Shown here in pieces: positions 27,831 through 41,904 of a DNA stretch of 64,000 bases (positions are counted from its first letter, which is position 1; every line of letters starts with the position of its first letter). Origin of the DNA: Octopus bimaculoides (lineage: Eukaryota); contig NC_068997.1 of assembly GCF_001194135.2 (NCBI RefSeq), positions 56,561,578 to 56,625,577 on the forward strand, in the 5' to 3' direction. The position numbers and the translations under genes are program-made. A model generated the notes under the pieces. It was not told the DNA's origin and searched no databases. It worked only from the letters and a program-made list of their open reading frames with translations.

Positions 27831-30800
27831 CGATACATAGCCAGAAAGTAACTGACCACAAGTTGGTGAGAGACAGAATGTATGGATTTTGATGGCTGGA
27901 GATAACATATTTCACCTCTGTGCCTGTGTGTGTGAAATTGTGTGTGTGTGAATGTGAAATACTTGTGTTTAGAACGTATATATGTCTTTGTCGGTGTTTG
28001 TGTGTAAGTGTGGAACTCACGGGCCAGTAGCAGTTGGGTGAGGCAATAGTAGGATGTGAGGTGAAGAGGCTTTGTAATGCTTGTGATTGAATGCGCATGT
28101 GTCACTGTGCGTGGCTGTATGTGTTTGCATGTGTGTATATGTATGCCTGTATACATATGTATGTACGTATGTGTGTTTGTGTTCTGGGTGAGGTCAGGTT
28201 AAATATTTACTTATTAAACCGTGAAAGAGACTTTGGTTTGACAAAACTGTTTTTTAACCTTTGTTAGTAGAAAAGATGTGTCTTCTATATTTCATTTAAG
28301 AGAATATTCAACGAGAGAACAACTACTTCTAATGGATGGCGTATGTCAAATGTCAATGAAAATGCATGATGAGGGATTGCGTAGAGCGTTCACAATAGAA
28401 AAGATTTTGTATGTACCTACATGGACTAATATTCTGTCAAAAACAGAGCATAGTCCGTGTGTGCGGATGTACATACATATATGTAGAGTGGTGTGATTTA
28501 TGCGTTTGAACACTTGAAATATTCTAATTATTTAGGGAATTGATGGTATAAACAGTAAGTTGATAAACTGCGAGTATATGTTGGTGTGATATCCAGGAAG
28601 ATCCAGTATGAAGAAATTCATCCGATATAACCCGTCAGGTAACTTGGTTGTCACAATGTGTATATGTTTTCTATTTCTAGTAAAGTGACTTTCCACTGGA
28701 ACGTAAGTTAAGTGGAATGACCAATACACACAACAACAAGATTAAGATTTCTTACCTGGTCAGTATCGCTTCCTACATTTCACACTACAAGCGTAAACAT
28801 ATATTTACATTCACCATTTACATAAACGTGTATCCGTTGTAATCCATCTGCCTGCCTACTCCAGTGATTCTATGTCCAAAATGATTTTGCCACGCATTCC
28901 TGGCATCTCAGCAGCATTCAAATTATTTATGTGGAACTCTCTCCGAACTCTCTCCACGGTCGTCACTGACACAATACTTCCACTTTATTATCTTCATTTA
29001 TCTGGAATCTTTTGCACAGAGGAGTTCAATGTTCTGTAGTGATATGGAGCATCAATGGTGAATCTCCTCCAAATTTCAATGGGATGACGAAGCAGCAAGG
29101 AATGGTTAACTAAAATATTTCATACATTGAAACAGCCAGTGCTTTCACTCTGAGGTATTAACCAAGATTCCTCATCACATGACGATTTTCCATGAAGAGT
29201 TTCCAACCTTTTCAACACCCGGACTGCCAAATTAAAATTCAACGAATTTAGATCCTACAGACGACATGGACCACGGTTACGGCCTCTGTAGCCTTCCTTG
29301 TGTGAGAGTCACTCAGCCACTTTTCTCCCTGCAAAGTTTCAGCCCTCATCATAGTCTGCTTTTACCAAGAGAAAATTTTGTGGATGTTAGTATATTTGTG
29401 GGCACAAAATAATTCATCATTCTCCAAGGGATAATATTTAACTGAACATTTACCTTAGTTGAGTGCAGCTCTATATGTATGAAGTCAATAACCAGTGGTT
29501 TACACACACACACATATATACGCATATATAAATAGGTATACATACACATAGATGCATACACGCATTCAGACACACACACGCATACATACTTTCATACGTC
29601 CTTTTTCAAAGCCCGGTTTCTAAAGAATGCTATTTGAAGATCAGTGAGATTCTTCTCCCGTTTCTTCTTATACAGCTCAATATATCTACGAAACTTATTT
29701 GCCAGAACATTAAATTCTTTTTTAACTTTACCTAATCACGTTATTCACTGTTATATTTTACTTTTTTTACTGACTTTTTATTTTCAATGTTTTCCCTTAA
29801 CATAATTTATTAGCTGTTTTCCAAAACCAATATCCTTAAAAATCTCCTCACCAACTTTCACACGTCTATCAATAAATAGATTTTCTGTAGATGAATTGGT
29901 CACCTATACAAGTGTTTCTTTTTTACACCAATGGAAAGTTTTCAGAATCTTACTGCAATATTAATATTCCAAACCAAAACACACTTCATTTTAATTTCAT
30001 TTAACAATAATAATACTGTTTTAAATATTATAAATTGCTTTTTGCAACAGTTAACACTTTACACACATATAAATATTATTGATTTGAAATCTTCCTGCAT
30101 AATATATAGTTATTTTTCATATTATCCACGTTTTTCACTTGATAATTTGTTCAAAATGTTTCACTCATTCCACGAAAATTAAGAGCTAGATTTCTAAGTA
30201 CGTCATTGATCTCCAACTTGTTTCTATTTCTTTAGAAGAAAAACCTTTAATATTATATTTCTATACATACATTCAAATACTACGAAATATATTTCCTCGT
30301 ATGTCCTTTTACTAAAACGTTATTTGTTTGTTTTCCTACATTCGTTTAGCATTAAATTTTCACGCATACGGTGTATTTAACCAAACCAGTTGCCATTGAA
30401 ACTAACATCATGAACCATAAAATATTTAAGCCTAAACAGGATTTTTTTTTCATCGAATCAGAAATATAGTCAGAATATATTTTTTAAAGTTTCTTATTAA
30501 ATTCCTTTAAGTTATTACTATTAATCGGAGTAATAAAATCAGCCACAATTCAGATCTAAACTTATCTTCGTAAAATTTATACTAGAGGAAACATTTAATT
30601 TTGTTTTCTTAAAATTTTATCGCTCTTGGTACGTTTACTTCTATTACAGGCTAAAGTAACTTTATACATCATATGAAATGAATTGAATATATTCACTGTT
30701 ACTGCTAGAGATTTATATTACATATAGAATGTAGTTAATTTCATTGAAATATGATATATTTTATAAACATATATTTTGTAGAATTGCTTTTCTAAGAAAT

Positions 30801-31102
30801 TTGATGTTTCAACTTAACAATCCTCAAGGGTTTCTATTTCGTTCTAAAGTGCTTAGAAAACTACATAACATACAAACAACGAAATGTAGTATAGAGTTGA
30901 ATACAACTACTTTGGAAAATGATTCTTTAAGAAAGTGTTGAATTGTCACGTGTTCTTGTACATTCTCAAAATCTACTGGTTCGATGGTGCGTGGAAAATT
31001 TGCAGCTTATGCATTATGTAAGAATACAGGTATACATAATACATAGAAACATGCATAGAGACAGATATACAGACAGACAGTTTCAATCTGAGATGTTGTT
31101 CA

Positions 31103-31302
31103 TATATATAGAAGGAAGAGGAAAACAAAATCAAGGTAGGCCGAGTATCTCAGGTCATTTAGAATATTTAATTAGTGTAAGGTGAATCAAAAGAGAAGTA
31201 GAAATATTTAATTCTACTTCTCCATTTTGGATTCACCTTACTCTAATTAAATATTCTAAATGACCTGCGATACTCGGCCTACCTTGATTTTGTTTTCCTC
31301 TT
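31103..31302. repeat. ~200-bp near-perfect inverted repeat (foldback/MITE-like hairpin)
   Basis: Arm 31116-31203 is the reverse complement of 31212-31292, with few mismatches/indels and an 8-nt loop ATATTTAA. TATATA on both flanks. Confidence 0.92.
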
Positions 31303-31424
31303 TTAATATATACTAGCTTACTTGGAAGTCTACAACAAATCCCTCGCTCCAGCCTCAGTTTTGAGCATGAAACCTAACAGATGACCAAGTGTAGCATTTA
31401 CGCTGCGTACCTATTGGTGTAGAC

Positions 31425-31736
31425 CAGTGGTTCCCAAACTGGGGTCCGTGGACCCTTGGTGGTCCGCAAAGGTAGTACTGAGGTTCCGTAAACTAAATTC
31501 AAAATTTCATATATATGTGTGTGTGTGTGTGCGCGCGCACGCGCGCGGGGGTATGTATCACCAAGAAAATATAGACTGCTCTACTTCTTAGAGTATGCTT
31601 TTTCTCCGGATTAATGTTTTTCTAAAACGATATATATGTATATATACATAAGGATAGGCATATTAAAAGGAGTCCGTGGGAAAACTCATTTAATTAAAAG
31701 GGTTGGCATCCACTGTTAAAAGATTGGAAGCCTCTG
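31425..31736. mobile_element. hAT (Charlie-type) non-autonomous element/MITE
   Basis: TIRs CAGTGGTTCCCAAAC and GATTGGAAGCCTCTG. 8-bp TSD GTGTAGAC (31417-31424) / GTTTAGAC (31737-31744), close to the Charlie NTCTAGAN preference. Confidence 0.8.
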
Positions 31737-33548
31737 GTTTAGACATTCAATGAAATGAATCCATCATATTCTTTACACACACACACACACGTTTATGAAT
31801 ATTGAAGCATAGAACTGATACGGCACTTATAAAGATTAGAGGCTACACACGTTGCAGTAGACAGACTGAGCCCCCATAGAAAACACGAATGGAACAATAA
31901 CACCCACCACCACATGACTAAAAACAGAAGGCAGGAGTAGAGAGAGAAGAAATAAAAACATAGGTACAACCAGGGTAATACACATACAATAGGCATAGAT
32001 GCACATACCTGTGATACATAGGAGACATAGAGAGAGATAAATTTAAAAAATGGATAAATAAATACATTTGTCACCTGTGATAGATATAAGGGAATAGAGA
32101 TAGATAAGAAATTAAAATAAGTAATCTATATAAAGGGCATTGATACAAACGACATAAGCGAATCCATACACACACACGCACACACAATAAATTTACAGAT
32201 GGCCGCAACAGTATGAAGAACACGACTAACACCGACAGCAGCAGCGGCGGTGAAAACGATGGCTATAACAACAACAACAACCATGACGGCCACGCTGTGG
32301 ACGAACACACAAACACAGGATACAGGAACTGTACCAAAATTTCAGCAGCAACTCATCGGGGCGATGAACGGAAACAATTGTAGGTCTTGTCAACGTATAT
32401 AAAACAGTTTTATTAATCTTATCTCCACTCTTGGTTTACACAGACACATATAAACAGCCAGACTGTTTATATACTCAACAACTGCAGAAGTCACTCTATG
32501 ACGGAGTCCCTAATTTGCATACCGAAAGTGTTAAACATTGTATAAATACCAGGGGCCTGTCAACGGCGATCTTAGTCTACACAGCATCAAGGTATGATAT
32601 AATAAATAAGTAACATATGGTATAGTTATAAACAGGACAAATTTTAGCCATTTCTCCACAGACTGAAAAAATTATGAACAACCTTAATCGATTTTCGAAC
32701 CGTATTGGGTTCTCATCAGAGGTGTCCACATCTTTTTGCCAATATGCAGAGAAACAAGCAGCTAAACTGTTTATGTGCTCAACAATACATATATATATAT
32801 ATATATATATAATGTTTATATCTGTATATAAATCAAAATCTAAACACTACACTTATTTCCATAAAGAATTTAATGTAATTTCAAGGATAAAACGACTTGG
32901 AATTTGAAGTATATTAATTATTTTTCAGCAGCAGTAGTAATAACAACAACAACAACAAAGGCAATAATGACAACAACAGCTACAACAACAATAATAATAA
33001 TAATAATGTCTTTTTCAAAAGTACTTTAGAAACTATTAATATGATTTTATATTACAATGTGGGTCTATGTGGGTGGGTGTGGGTGTACGTGTGTGTGCGT
33101 AAGTGCATGCATATATTTACATACAGGCACAGACACCCACCCATGCATTCGTATTGTGCTCTTCGTTTTTCCTATTTCAAGAGAAATTACTTTCATTTCT
33201 TTCCTGTCGTTTCGTTGGTGTTTTTTGACGATTGTTTTTGCTGTTGCTGTCGTTTTAATGATGTCACTCGGTGTTTGGATTTATTTCATGTCTACAGCAA
33301 TTTTTCTGTTGTACAGTACAATGCGTGGATGTGTATAAATATGTGTGAGCGCTCTGGAATGCGTGTATGTGTGTGTGTGTTTGCGCGCATGCGCATTTTG
33401 TTGAGAAATTACGATGTATTCAGTTCTGGTTACTTCATTGTCCAATGAGTATGTTTGAGTTATTGTGTGTACATGATATATATATATATATATATATACA
33501 TACATACATACACGCAGATACTCACATAAATATTAATGTGTGTGTATG

Positions 33549-33594
<46 letters not shown>

Positions 33595-34076
33595 TATATG
33601 CACACAGATACACACGTATATTAATGTATGCATGTATTGTGTGCTAATTCTTGTGTGAGTATTGCCATATGATCATAGCCATATACGCGCATATATGTCA
33701 GCATGCACGCTTACTTAGACACGACGGCACGTACCCAAGCACACGTTTGTACTCAAGCAATATGCTGAGGCACTAAGAGTACAATTAACAACCACAGACA
33801 GGTATTTTCCTGCAAATACTTGTCTTAGAGGGAGGAAGCGTGCTGTGATATACGTACAACTATAATGTTTATGTCGCATGACAATTTCGTTTAGATTTAG
33901 TGTTTGTATATAATACATTGTTATTCTAAAACTGAATGCATATAAAGCTATTGATGTATATAAACATATAGCTAAATTCATACATATCCATATACGACTT
34001 CGTATTAGGCTCCCATACAAAAGCACAGGTATATGTATATGCGAATACATATATATATATACATATGAGTGTATAC

Positions 34077-34127
<51 letters not shown>

Positions 34128-34888
34128 CGTTTGCATATTTCCTACATTATTCTGATGGTTTTAGTTATCTTGCTAATGTTGGTTTTTCTTTACACCATCC
34201 TAACGTCATCATTTTTACCCATCACTAGGATTGAAGTATACATACATATACATACATACATACATGAATACATACATACACACATACATCCACAAACACG
34301 CATACATACACATATATACGTACATGTGTACGTACTTACATTAATTCAGAGATATACACATGCTCACGTGTATGCATACATTGAGATTTATCACGAAATA
34401 AGCCCTTACGCGCGTATGCAGATAAACAAGTATGTGTGTGTGTGTGTGTGTGAACACAAAAGACAAAATTTACAGATTCGTACTTGCAATGACTTCTTTG
34501 CCTGAAAACATACAATATTTGCGTATTACATACAAATATATTCACACTTACATGCATGGAAACATGTATGCAGGTATGCAGACATACTTACAAAAGCACA
34601 TGCGCATTTTGAAGGTGATAAGCACGCATGCGTACTAAAGTGACATGCACACACACACACACACTACCTGAACGAGCAAAAGCACATCTACACGCAAAGG
34701 CCTATATGTTCATACGCATATATGCTCATAAACATCAATATTCGCGCGCACACACATCAATTGCACGAAATCCAAGAAGCTGTCTTAACTTGAACAAAAG
34801 GGCCTTGTCACTTAGTGACAGGCCTGAATACTTCAAAGGAAAAATCTTAAATATATCGCAGAGAAAAACATATAAAGCACATATGTAT

Positions 34889-34955
<67 letters not shown>

Positions 34956-35201
34956 TACACACATACCAATACACGTACACATACACATACATAATGCATA
35001 TATGCGCGTGTGTGTCTGTCCGTGTGTACATACGTAAATCTGTACATACATAGATTGTGGCAGATAAAATATAGGCTGAAGACCACAGTGCATGATTGTT
35101 GTCCTGTTATTGGCCAGCGTTCGATTTTTCACAAACTTCATGTTACTAATGATGGAACGACACCCTGAATGGATTCCATTTCTTTTATATTTTGACTTCT
35201 A

Positions 35202-36499
35202 TTAGGTTGTCGAGAAAATTCTTGCGGTTTTTAACCTTTAAATTCAGATGCACATATCTCGGCTCAAACAAAACTTTATTAATCGAAATACACACCAATC
35301 AGAATAAAAACACTTTTGCCAACGCGAAACAAGTCTATTTATGACAGTAGCGTAAAAATCCTGCGTTCTGGTGGCGATGAAGTCGTGTTCGGCGTCGTCT
35401 TGGTTTTTGAAGCATCTCTCATGCAGGAAGTTGTCGAGATTCTTGAAAAAGTGGTAGTCGGTAGGTGAGAGGTCTGGTGAGTATGGCGGACAAGGCAGAG
35501 TTTCGTAGCCCAATTCGTTCAACTTTTGCAGGGTTAGAAGTTGAACGAATTGGGCTACGTTGTCATGTAGATGAATTGGTCTTTTTCCATGGATCAATGC
35601 TGGCTGTTGTTGTCGGAGTTTCTTATGCATTTCATCCATTTGCTGACAGTACTTCTCCGCCGTAATGGTTCGCCTGGATCCAAAAACCTGTGATGGATGA
35701 GACTGGCCGCAGACCACCAAACAGCCACCATGACCTTCTTTTGGTGCAACTTTGGCTTCGAGAAGTGCAGTGGAGCTTCGTCGGCGTCCAACCACTGAGC
35801 TGAGCATCGTCGGTTGTCGCAAAAAATCCACTTTTCATCGGAAGTCACAATCCGGTCGAGAAACGGGTCGTTCTTGTTGCATAAAAGAAGGGAAGACGGC
35901 ACTTCAAAACGGCGTTTTTTTTTTTGCTTTTTTCTTTTTTGGTTGTCGTTCAATTCATGCAGCACCCATTTCTCAACCATTTTTGTTTTTCCAATCTCTT
36001 TCGAGTGGTTGGAAATTGTTGTATACGTTACGTCTAATTCAGAAGCATGCTCTCGAACAGTTATGCATGGATTGGCTTCGACTAAAGCTCTTAGTTGATC
36101 GTTGTCAACATCCGATGGCCGACCACTACGCTTATCATCTTCAAGACTCTCGTCACCGCTACGAAATTTCTTGAGTCACCATTGTGCTGTACGTTCATTA
36201 GTGGTTCCTGGGCCAAACGCATCGTTGATATCGCGAGTGGTTTCAGCAGCTTTTCGGCCTAGCTTGAACTGCAATAAGAAAATTGTGCGAAGTTGCATTT
36301 TGTCCGTGTTGTATTCAACGCTCCAGAAAAAAAATGGTCTAATTTTTCAAAAAAGAAAAAAGAGTAACATGATTAGATAGAGCGAAAAACGGGCATTAAA
36401 ATGATATATAAAATCAAAGTAATTTAACGAAAATTAATTTGAAAATACATCATTTAAAAGCAAAATTAAAAATTCCGCAAGAACTTTCTTGATAACCTG
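35202..36499 (-). mobile_element. Full-length mariner transposon, Hsmar1-like (cecropia subfamily), inactive
   Basis: TIRs TTAGGTTGTCGAGAAAATTCTTGCGG and (rc) CAGGTTATCAAGAAAGTTCTTGCGG, flanking TA dinucleotides, ~1.3 kb length, internal transposase. Confidence 0.95.
35281..36298 (-). pseudogene. Mariner D,D34D transposase pseudogene
   Basis: MQLRTIFLLQFKLGRKAAETTRDIN..., SGRPS, WVLHEL (WVPHEL), VTSDEKW, HDN-x34-D with YSPDLSPTDY, RWQKC. In-frame stop, frameshifts and an A/T-run insertion near 35914-35940. Confidence 0.92.
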
Positions 36500-37870
36500 T
36501 AGATGTTCCTGTCTTTCAGTTTTTCCTTTTAAACTTCATATTTCTAAAATTTCATACTTTTATTCAATATCAATTACGAACAGCTTAATTTACTTACATA
36601 ATGAGACAAAAATGTCAAAATAAATAAAGGAATGAATGAATGTTCTTACTTTATCAAGTTGAAAAGAAATATAAGAAATATCTGAAGTTTATTTACGCAC
36701 AACTCTTCTATAGAGATAGTGATTTTATCTTCTGAGACACAATGCCCCAATCTTTAAATATTTTCTTCAGAGTATGAATTTAACAACCTCCCTTAAGTTA
36801 ATTTTTTAGTATTTTTACGAAATTAACTCCTGCTGTCTGATGACATTTTGAATTTTACTGTTTTATTAATTATATTTATATATTTTCATCAAGGTAAACA
36901 TAGAAAATGGTTCACAGCTAGAACCATTTCAGTTGGCAACCAAACAAAAGTCTACCCATTTAGAAATTCATCTCTCGTTCTATAATTTAGAGACAGCTAT
37001 TAATTTTTCATCAAAATCATTCTACTGGAATTTTCTTTGATTTCAATATTTTTGTTGTTGTCGATTGTGGTGTTGGTGGTAGTGGTGATGGTGGTTCTGT
37101 TATTTGTCGTGGATGTACACGATTTTACCAACAAAGTGTCTCAGATTATTTGAGCATCCACCCATTATTTAAAATGAAAAGAAAGGCTTGTCTTTAGAAT
37201 CTTATTCTGTAAGTATATTTTTGCAAGCAACAACTTTGCAGTGTTTATTATGAGTTTGATACAACTACCTGTGTAGTGGTAGTAGGGGTGCAATTCACAA
37301 GGACCGTGGTGGTAAATAAGCATTCCTCTTTGCTGACAAAGACACAGATGAAAGAGAAAAACAGAAAACGTATCTCAATGAACAGTTATGGACAGAAATA
37401 CTTTATAATTTGCGAAGCACAAAAGGAAAACACGGCAAAACACAAAATAGGAATAACAACAAAGGCTCCATCCACAACAAACCCTTTTGCTCGCCTAAAA
37501 GATACTTGATGCATATCAATCCCAGACAAAAGAGAAAAAGCGTGGTCACAAAAGCGAATATTTCCTTGCCCGAAGAATTTGCAGAGAACGAAAGAAAGTG
37601 ACGCATCCCAATTTTCTCCTTTCAAAAGATGATGGAAATTTCCATTTGCCAATAAAATAGCAGTTGGAGGAGCTCTGAGTGTCGTAGAACATATGCTCGT
37701 TTGAAAAAAACCAAAAGGTATAAAAGCAAATACTTAATATTTTAATCCAATGAAGAGGTGAGAAAGAAAACTGCTTATTCTCAACAGGTTTGTACACTGG
37801 ATTGCGCTGGATTGATTGATGGAGGCAGGGATTCGTAGGTTCTAGTCAGCTTTGCAGCATATTGGTAAGT

Positions 37871-38120
37871 CCTGGAGTCGATTTGTCCGATTAAAGGTGG
37901 TGCACCAGCATGGCCACAGTCAAATGACAAACAAAATAAAATATGCGTGTGTGTATCTATCTATCTATTGAAGGTTTACGTCCCTGCAATTTAGAAGTTC
38001 AGTAATCGAACTGACAAAATAAGTACCAGGTTTTTAAAAAACTTATTCGACTAAAACTTCTCCAATGCAGTGCCCCAGCAAGGCCACAGTCTAACTAAAG
38101 AAGCAAAAGATGAAAGATAA
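37871..38120 (+). mobile_element. Two adjacent SINE 3' fragments
   Basis: GGAGTCGATTTGTCCGATTAAAGGTGGTGCACCAGCATGGCCACAGTCAAATGAC and AAAATAAGTACCAGG...GTGCCCCAGCAAGGCCACAGTC; same family as 4140-4345. Confidence 0.55.
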
Positions 38121-38977
38121 AATATATCATACACATTATATTATTTATATTATATACCTTATATTATCCGATCTATATTATATTAAAATATTGGGAAAGG
38201 TTTTCAGTTTTTTTTTTTTTCATCTTAAGTAGAAGATGACGGTAGGATTTTTTTCAATTATTTAATTATTCATCGATTGCACAATGAAAGTGTTTCCTTT
38301 TTTTTTTTAATTGGTTTTGGATATTTTCCGCTTCTATATTCTCATCATCTATTTATTTATTTCAATTTTTTGTTTATTTTGATAATTTTAAAATTTATTT
38401 TTTTCTGTCAGTTTATTTATTTACTGTTAACTGTTGCTATTTTTGTTGTCGATATTCTTGTTCACCTTTTTTGTTGCAATCACTCAGTGGAAGTTTCGAA
38501 AGATTTTGCTAATTTGAGTAATTGGAACAAAAAAAAAAATAAATGAAAGATCAACGGAAAAGGGCATCGTCGTTATTTTTATTGTTGGTGTTGTTGCTGT
38601 TGATGGTGATGTTAAATTGGGCCCTCAGTTTCTTAATTAAAAATTCTCATTTGAGTTTTAACCCTTTCAAGTTTAGGATTGTTAATCTCATTCTTTCTTA
38701 CCAGCACTCCCTAGACAAGGTAATAATAATAAGAAGAATGTAAAGAACTTGAAGTACCACGAAATATTTTGCCCGAGTTTCTAAAAATTCTCTTTAACAA
38801 TTTGTTGTTAATAAAAAGCAAAGACGTTAATAACAATAATCTCTTTATTAACAGCAATGGTTTGAAGAGATACAAAAAAAATCGAAAAATACTGAGCGTT
38901 ACCAAAAAAGGGTTACGTGGAGTGAAAGGAAAATATGTGCAGGAATTGGAAATGGAGGCGATAAAGGATTTTATGCA

Positions 38978-39027
<50 letters not shown>

Positions 39028-39907
39028 TCATTTACACATATAGACGCACGCTCACTCATGCTTACTGATACGTAGCTATGCACACACAAATTTGCGCGGA
39101 AATAAAAAAAAAATAACATAGAATATGATAACACAATAAATGAAACAAAATATATTTTAAAGTAAAAAGCAGGAAAGATTTTCTGGCTAGGGTAAGTTGG
39201 GGTTCTCCATGATCTCTTCATTTCATTATTTCTCAAATTGTCTTCAAAGGCAACCGATACCTTCGGTTGCTTTTGATGACATCAGTAAGCCTTCTTAAGA
39301 CATTTGTAACTGAACGACGCCAGTGACTTGTAGGCGTCGGATATAATTTCTTCCTTTTGATTTTCCTTTAAATCTATCTTTTGCTTGTGGTTAATATTCT
39401 GAACCTAACTGCTAATATATCACTTCATCCTCTTCAGAGAGTTTATGGCACCACAGTTGGGTAAGTTTATGTATGAAATTTATCATTTTCAAAACGGGTG
39501 TTTCCTGGCGAGTCTTCCTTCTCTTCATTATGTTTTTGAAGCGGAGTATTGAAGACATTTAGCAGAGATCGTTACTCTACTTTTGATTTGGTAATTTAAT
39601 GTCGAGTCTTTATTTTATGTGATTTTATCCGCCTTTTTTTTTATCTTTCATATTTTCACCAGTAATTCTTTCAATTTTCATCTCTTGGTGCAGGTCTGGT
39701 ATTGCAGATTGGCACTTAAGTATCGAGACATTTGCTTATCTTCTCGTGATACTGCATCCAGAGATATCTCCATTGATATTTGCAGAGTTTTAGCTGGTGA
39801 TGCTCTGGAAACCGTTAGTTGTGTTTTTATTTTGTTGTTCCTGTCGCTGTTTTGCTGTTTTCCCTACTTATTGTTAGCACCCCCAGTTCTTCAGGCATTC
39901 ACCATAC

Positions 39908-40047
39908 ACTGGTGCTTGATTTATCGACCCCAAAAAGATGAAAACCAAAGTCGATCTCGGCGGAATTTGAACTCAAACCTGAGTGGTGCACTAAATACCG
40001 TTAAGCATTTCACCCAGCATGCTAACGATTCTGCCAGCTTGCTGCCT
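39908..40047 (-). mobile_element. tRNA-derived SINE
   Basis: Minus strand: GGCAGCAAGCTGGCAGAATCGTTAGCATGC...GAGTTCAAATTCCGCCGAGATCGACTTTGG...GGGTCGATAAATCAAGCACCAG. A/B boxes present; same family as 53870-54078. Confidence 0.75.
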
Positions 40048-40072
40048 TAAATAATAAGACGAAGAAGAAGAC

Positions 40073-40074
<2 letters not shown>

Positions 40075-40140
<66 letters not shown>
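40075..40140. repeat. (AAT)n microsatellite
   Basis: Directly visible. Confidence 0.97.
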
Positions 40141-40141
<1 letters not shown>

Positions 40142-40802
40142 CAATGATGGTGATAACGGGGATGGAAGATGAACAAATACTACAACAAGAAGATTGAATA
40201 AAAGAGAATATCTTAAGAACGTTGTATAATGGTAGTAGCTGAGAATTCTGGGATTGTACTCGCAGAGATAATTCACAGCAGTTGGCAAATAACTTTGAAG
40301 CATAGACCACAAAAATAAATAACAGATCAAAACTAAAAAAAATTAAAGAAATGGATGTAAGAAAGTAAAAAGAAAACTTCAATTTCCATCAAAGACAAAT
40401 TCTTCCCTTTAAGGACGAAGAAAACAGAACTGCCAAAATTATAAGAAGATAGAAAATACCAGAATTATGATGAATATACAACGATGGTGTTATTGTAAAC
40501 AACAAAAGGAGAGATTGAAAGTGTTGTTCTTTTATCCCGTCACGTCTCCATCTTGCTCCCCTTCTTCCTTGTGTCTTTATCACACGCATTCACACACACG
40601 TACACTTACGTATTCACAGGCATATATTCACATGCAAACACGCAAGTATACACAGACACACTTAAACACTTAGGAAACACAAGAAGGCACTTTCGTGCAA
40701 ATACATACAAGGGATACACAGATATAATGCAATGCACTCACTTGTGTCTATCAAACGCATACAACCACAGACTCGCTCTCTTATATTCAGTCGTATACAC
40801 AT

Positions 40803-40965
40803 ACCGGCGTGGCTGTATGGTAAGAAGTTCTCTTCCTAACCACACGGTTCCGGATTCAATCTCACTACGTGACACATTGGGCAAGTGTCGTCCACCATAG
40901 TCTTGGGCCGACCAAAGCCGTGTAAGTGGATCTCGAAGACAGAAACTGAAAGACGCCCATTCTGC
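40803..40965 (+). mobile_element. CORE-type tRNA SINE
   Basis: GGCGTGGCTGTATGGTAAGAAG (A box), GGATTCAATC (B-box-like), ACATTGGGCAAGTGTC (CORE-like), GGGCCGACCAAAGCC. Confidence 0.72.
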
Positions 40966-41169
40966 ATATATATGTGTGTGCAAGAAATAACAACCAAATC
41001 CCCTTCAAGCTTTACCAAATAAGCGAAAGCAATAAAAAATACATAATACATAACAATAATGTATAGTATTGGATAGGTTTGATAGTTCGATGGAGGTGGT
41101 CTTGGTCGGTTTCCTCATAGCTGACCTCGAGTCAAACTGCTGCAAATTCATTTCAATAGAAAATAACTG

Positions 41170-41345
41170 TTACGGTGGGGTCCATCAAAGCGATCGCTTG
41201 ATTTCCTAGAAATAGCTGCTTAATTACCCTCAGTAATCACAATATCGCGTCTTAGAAGAAAAGGTCACATTGGATAATGTAGTCGTTCGGTATTGAAATA
41301 AGACTGGATGACCATGGTTGGAACATCTTTCAGTATTGTTCTACC
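41170..41345 (+). mobile_element. SINE-like 3' fragment
   Basis: CTAGAAATAGCTGC...GGTCACATTGGATAATGTAGTC...GGATGACCATGGTTGGAAC. Similar pieces at ~41830-41900, ~42380-42440 and ~46870-46960. Confidence 0.45.
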
Positions 41346-41904
41346 TGAACAGGAGTAAACTGTGGGTAAACACCACCACAGCCTCAACCATCGCCGCCAC
41401 CACCACCAACAACAACACTACTACACCATCACTACCACCACAACCACCGTTAACGAAAACAACAATATCAAGAATAAGAACTCGAATGCTATTTATCTGA
41501 CCCAGGACCTAACTGCGGTCACCAGTCTGGCTGAAACCTTCCTACACACTTTCATTGGCTTCACACCTGTAAACACACAATAAATGGGAAATTTCGGGGT
41601 GTAACATGAAAGTTTAATTAATACTTGCCTACCATGAGTGAGGCCATAAGTAGCAAGGTGCCCCCCTCCCGTCACTGATGCCCCTCCATTATGCTCACAT
41701 TGCATCGGTTCCTGCAATCACACTGTATACAACAATTGGGCATTTAAATATTAAATGAGTGGTGATTGTGTTCACACGCACACTGTTAAGTGAACTAATT
41801 AATGAACGACCACACCCTTAGACAAGTATCTGCTAGAAATAATAGCCAAATTTTCCTTAAATGATGCTCTCATACCTTAGAAATAGTTCACATTGAAAGC
41901 TATA

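Noticed and set aside
32198-32383. Open frame DGRNSMKN...ERKQL* after TTTACAG, a possible terminal exon
   Set aside because: Weak polypyrimidine tract, trinucleotide-repeat content and no homology recognised.
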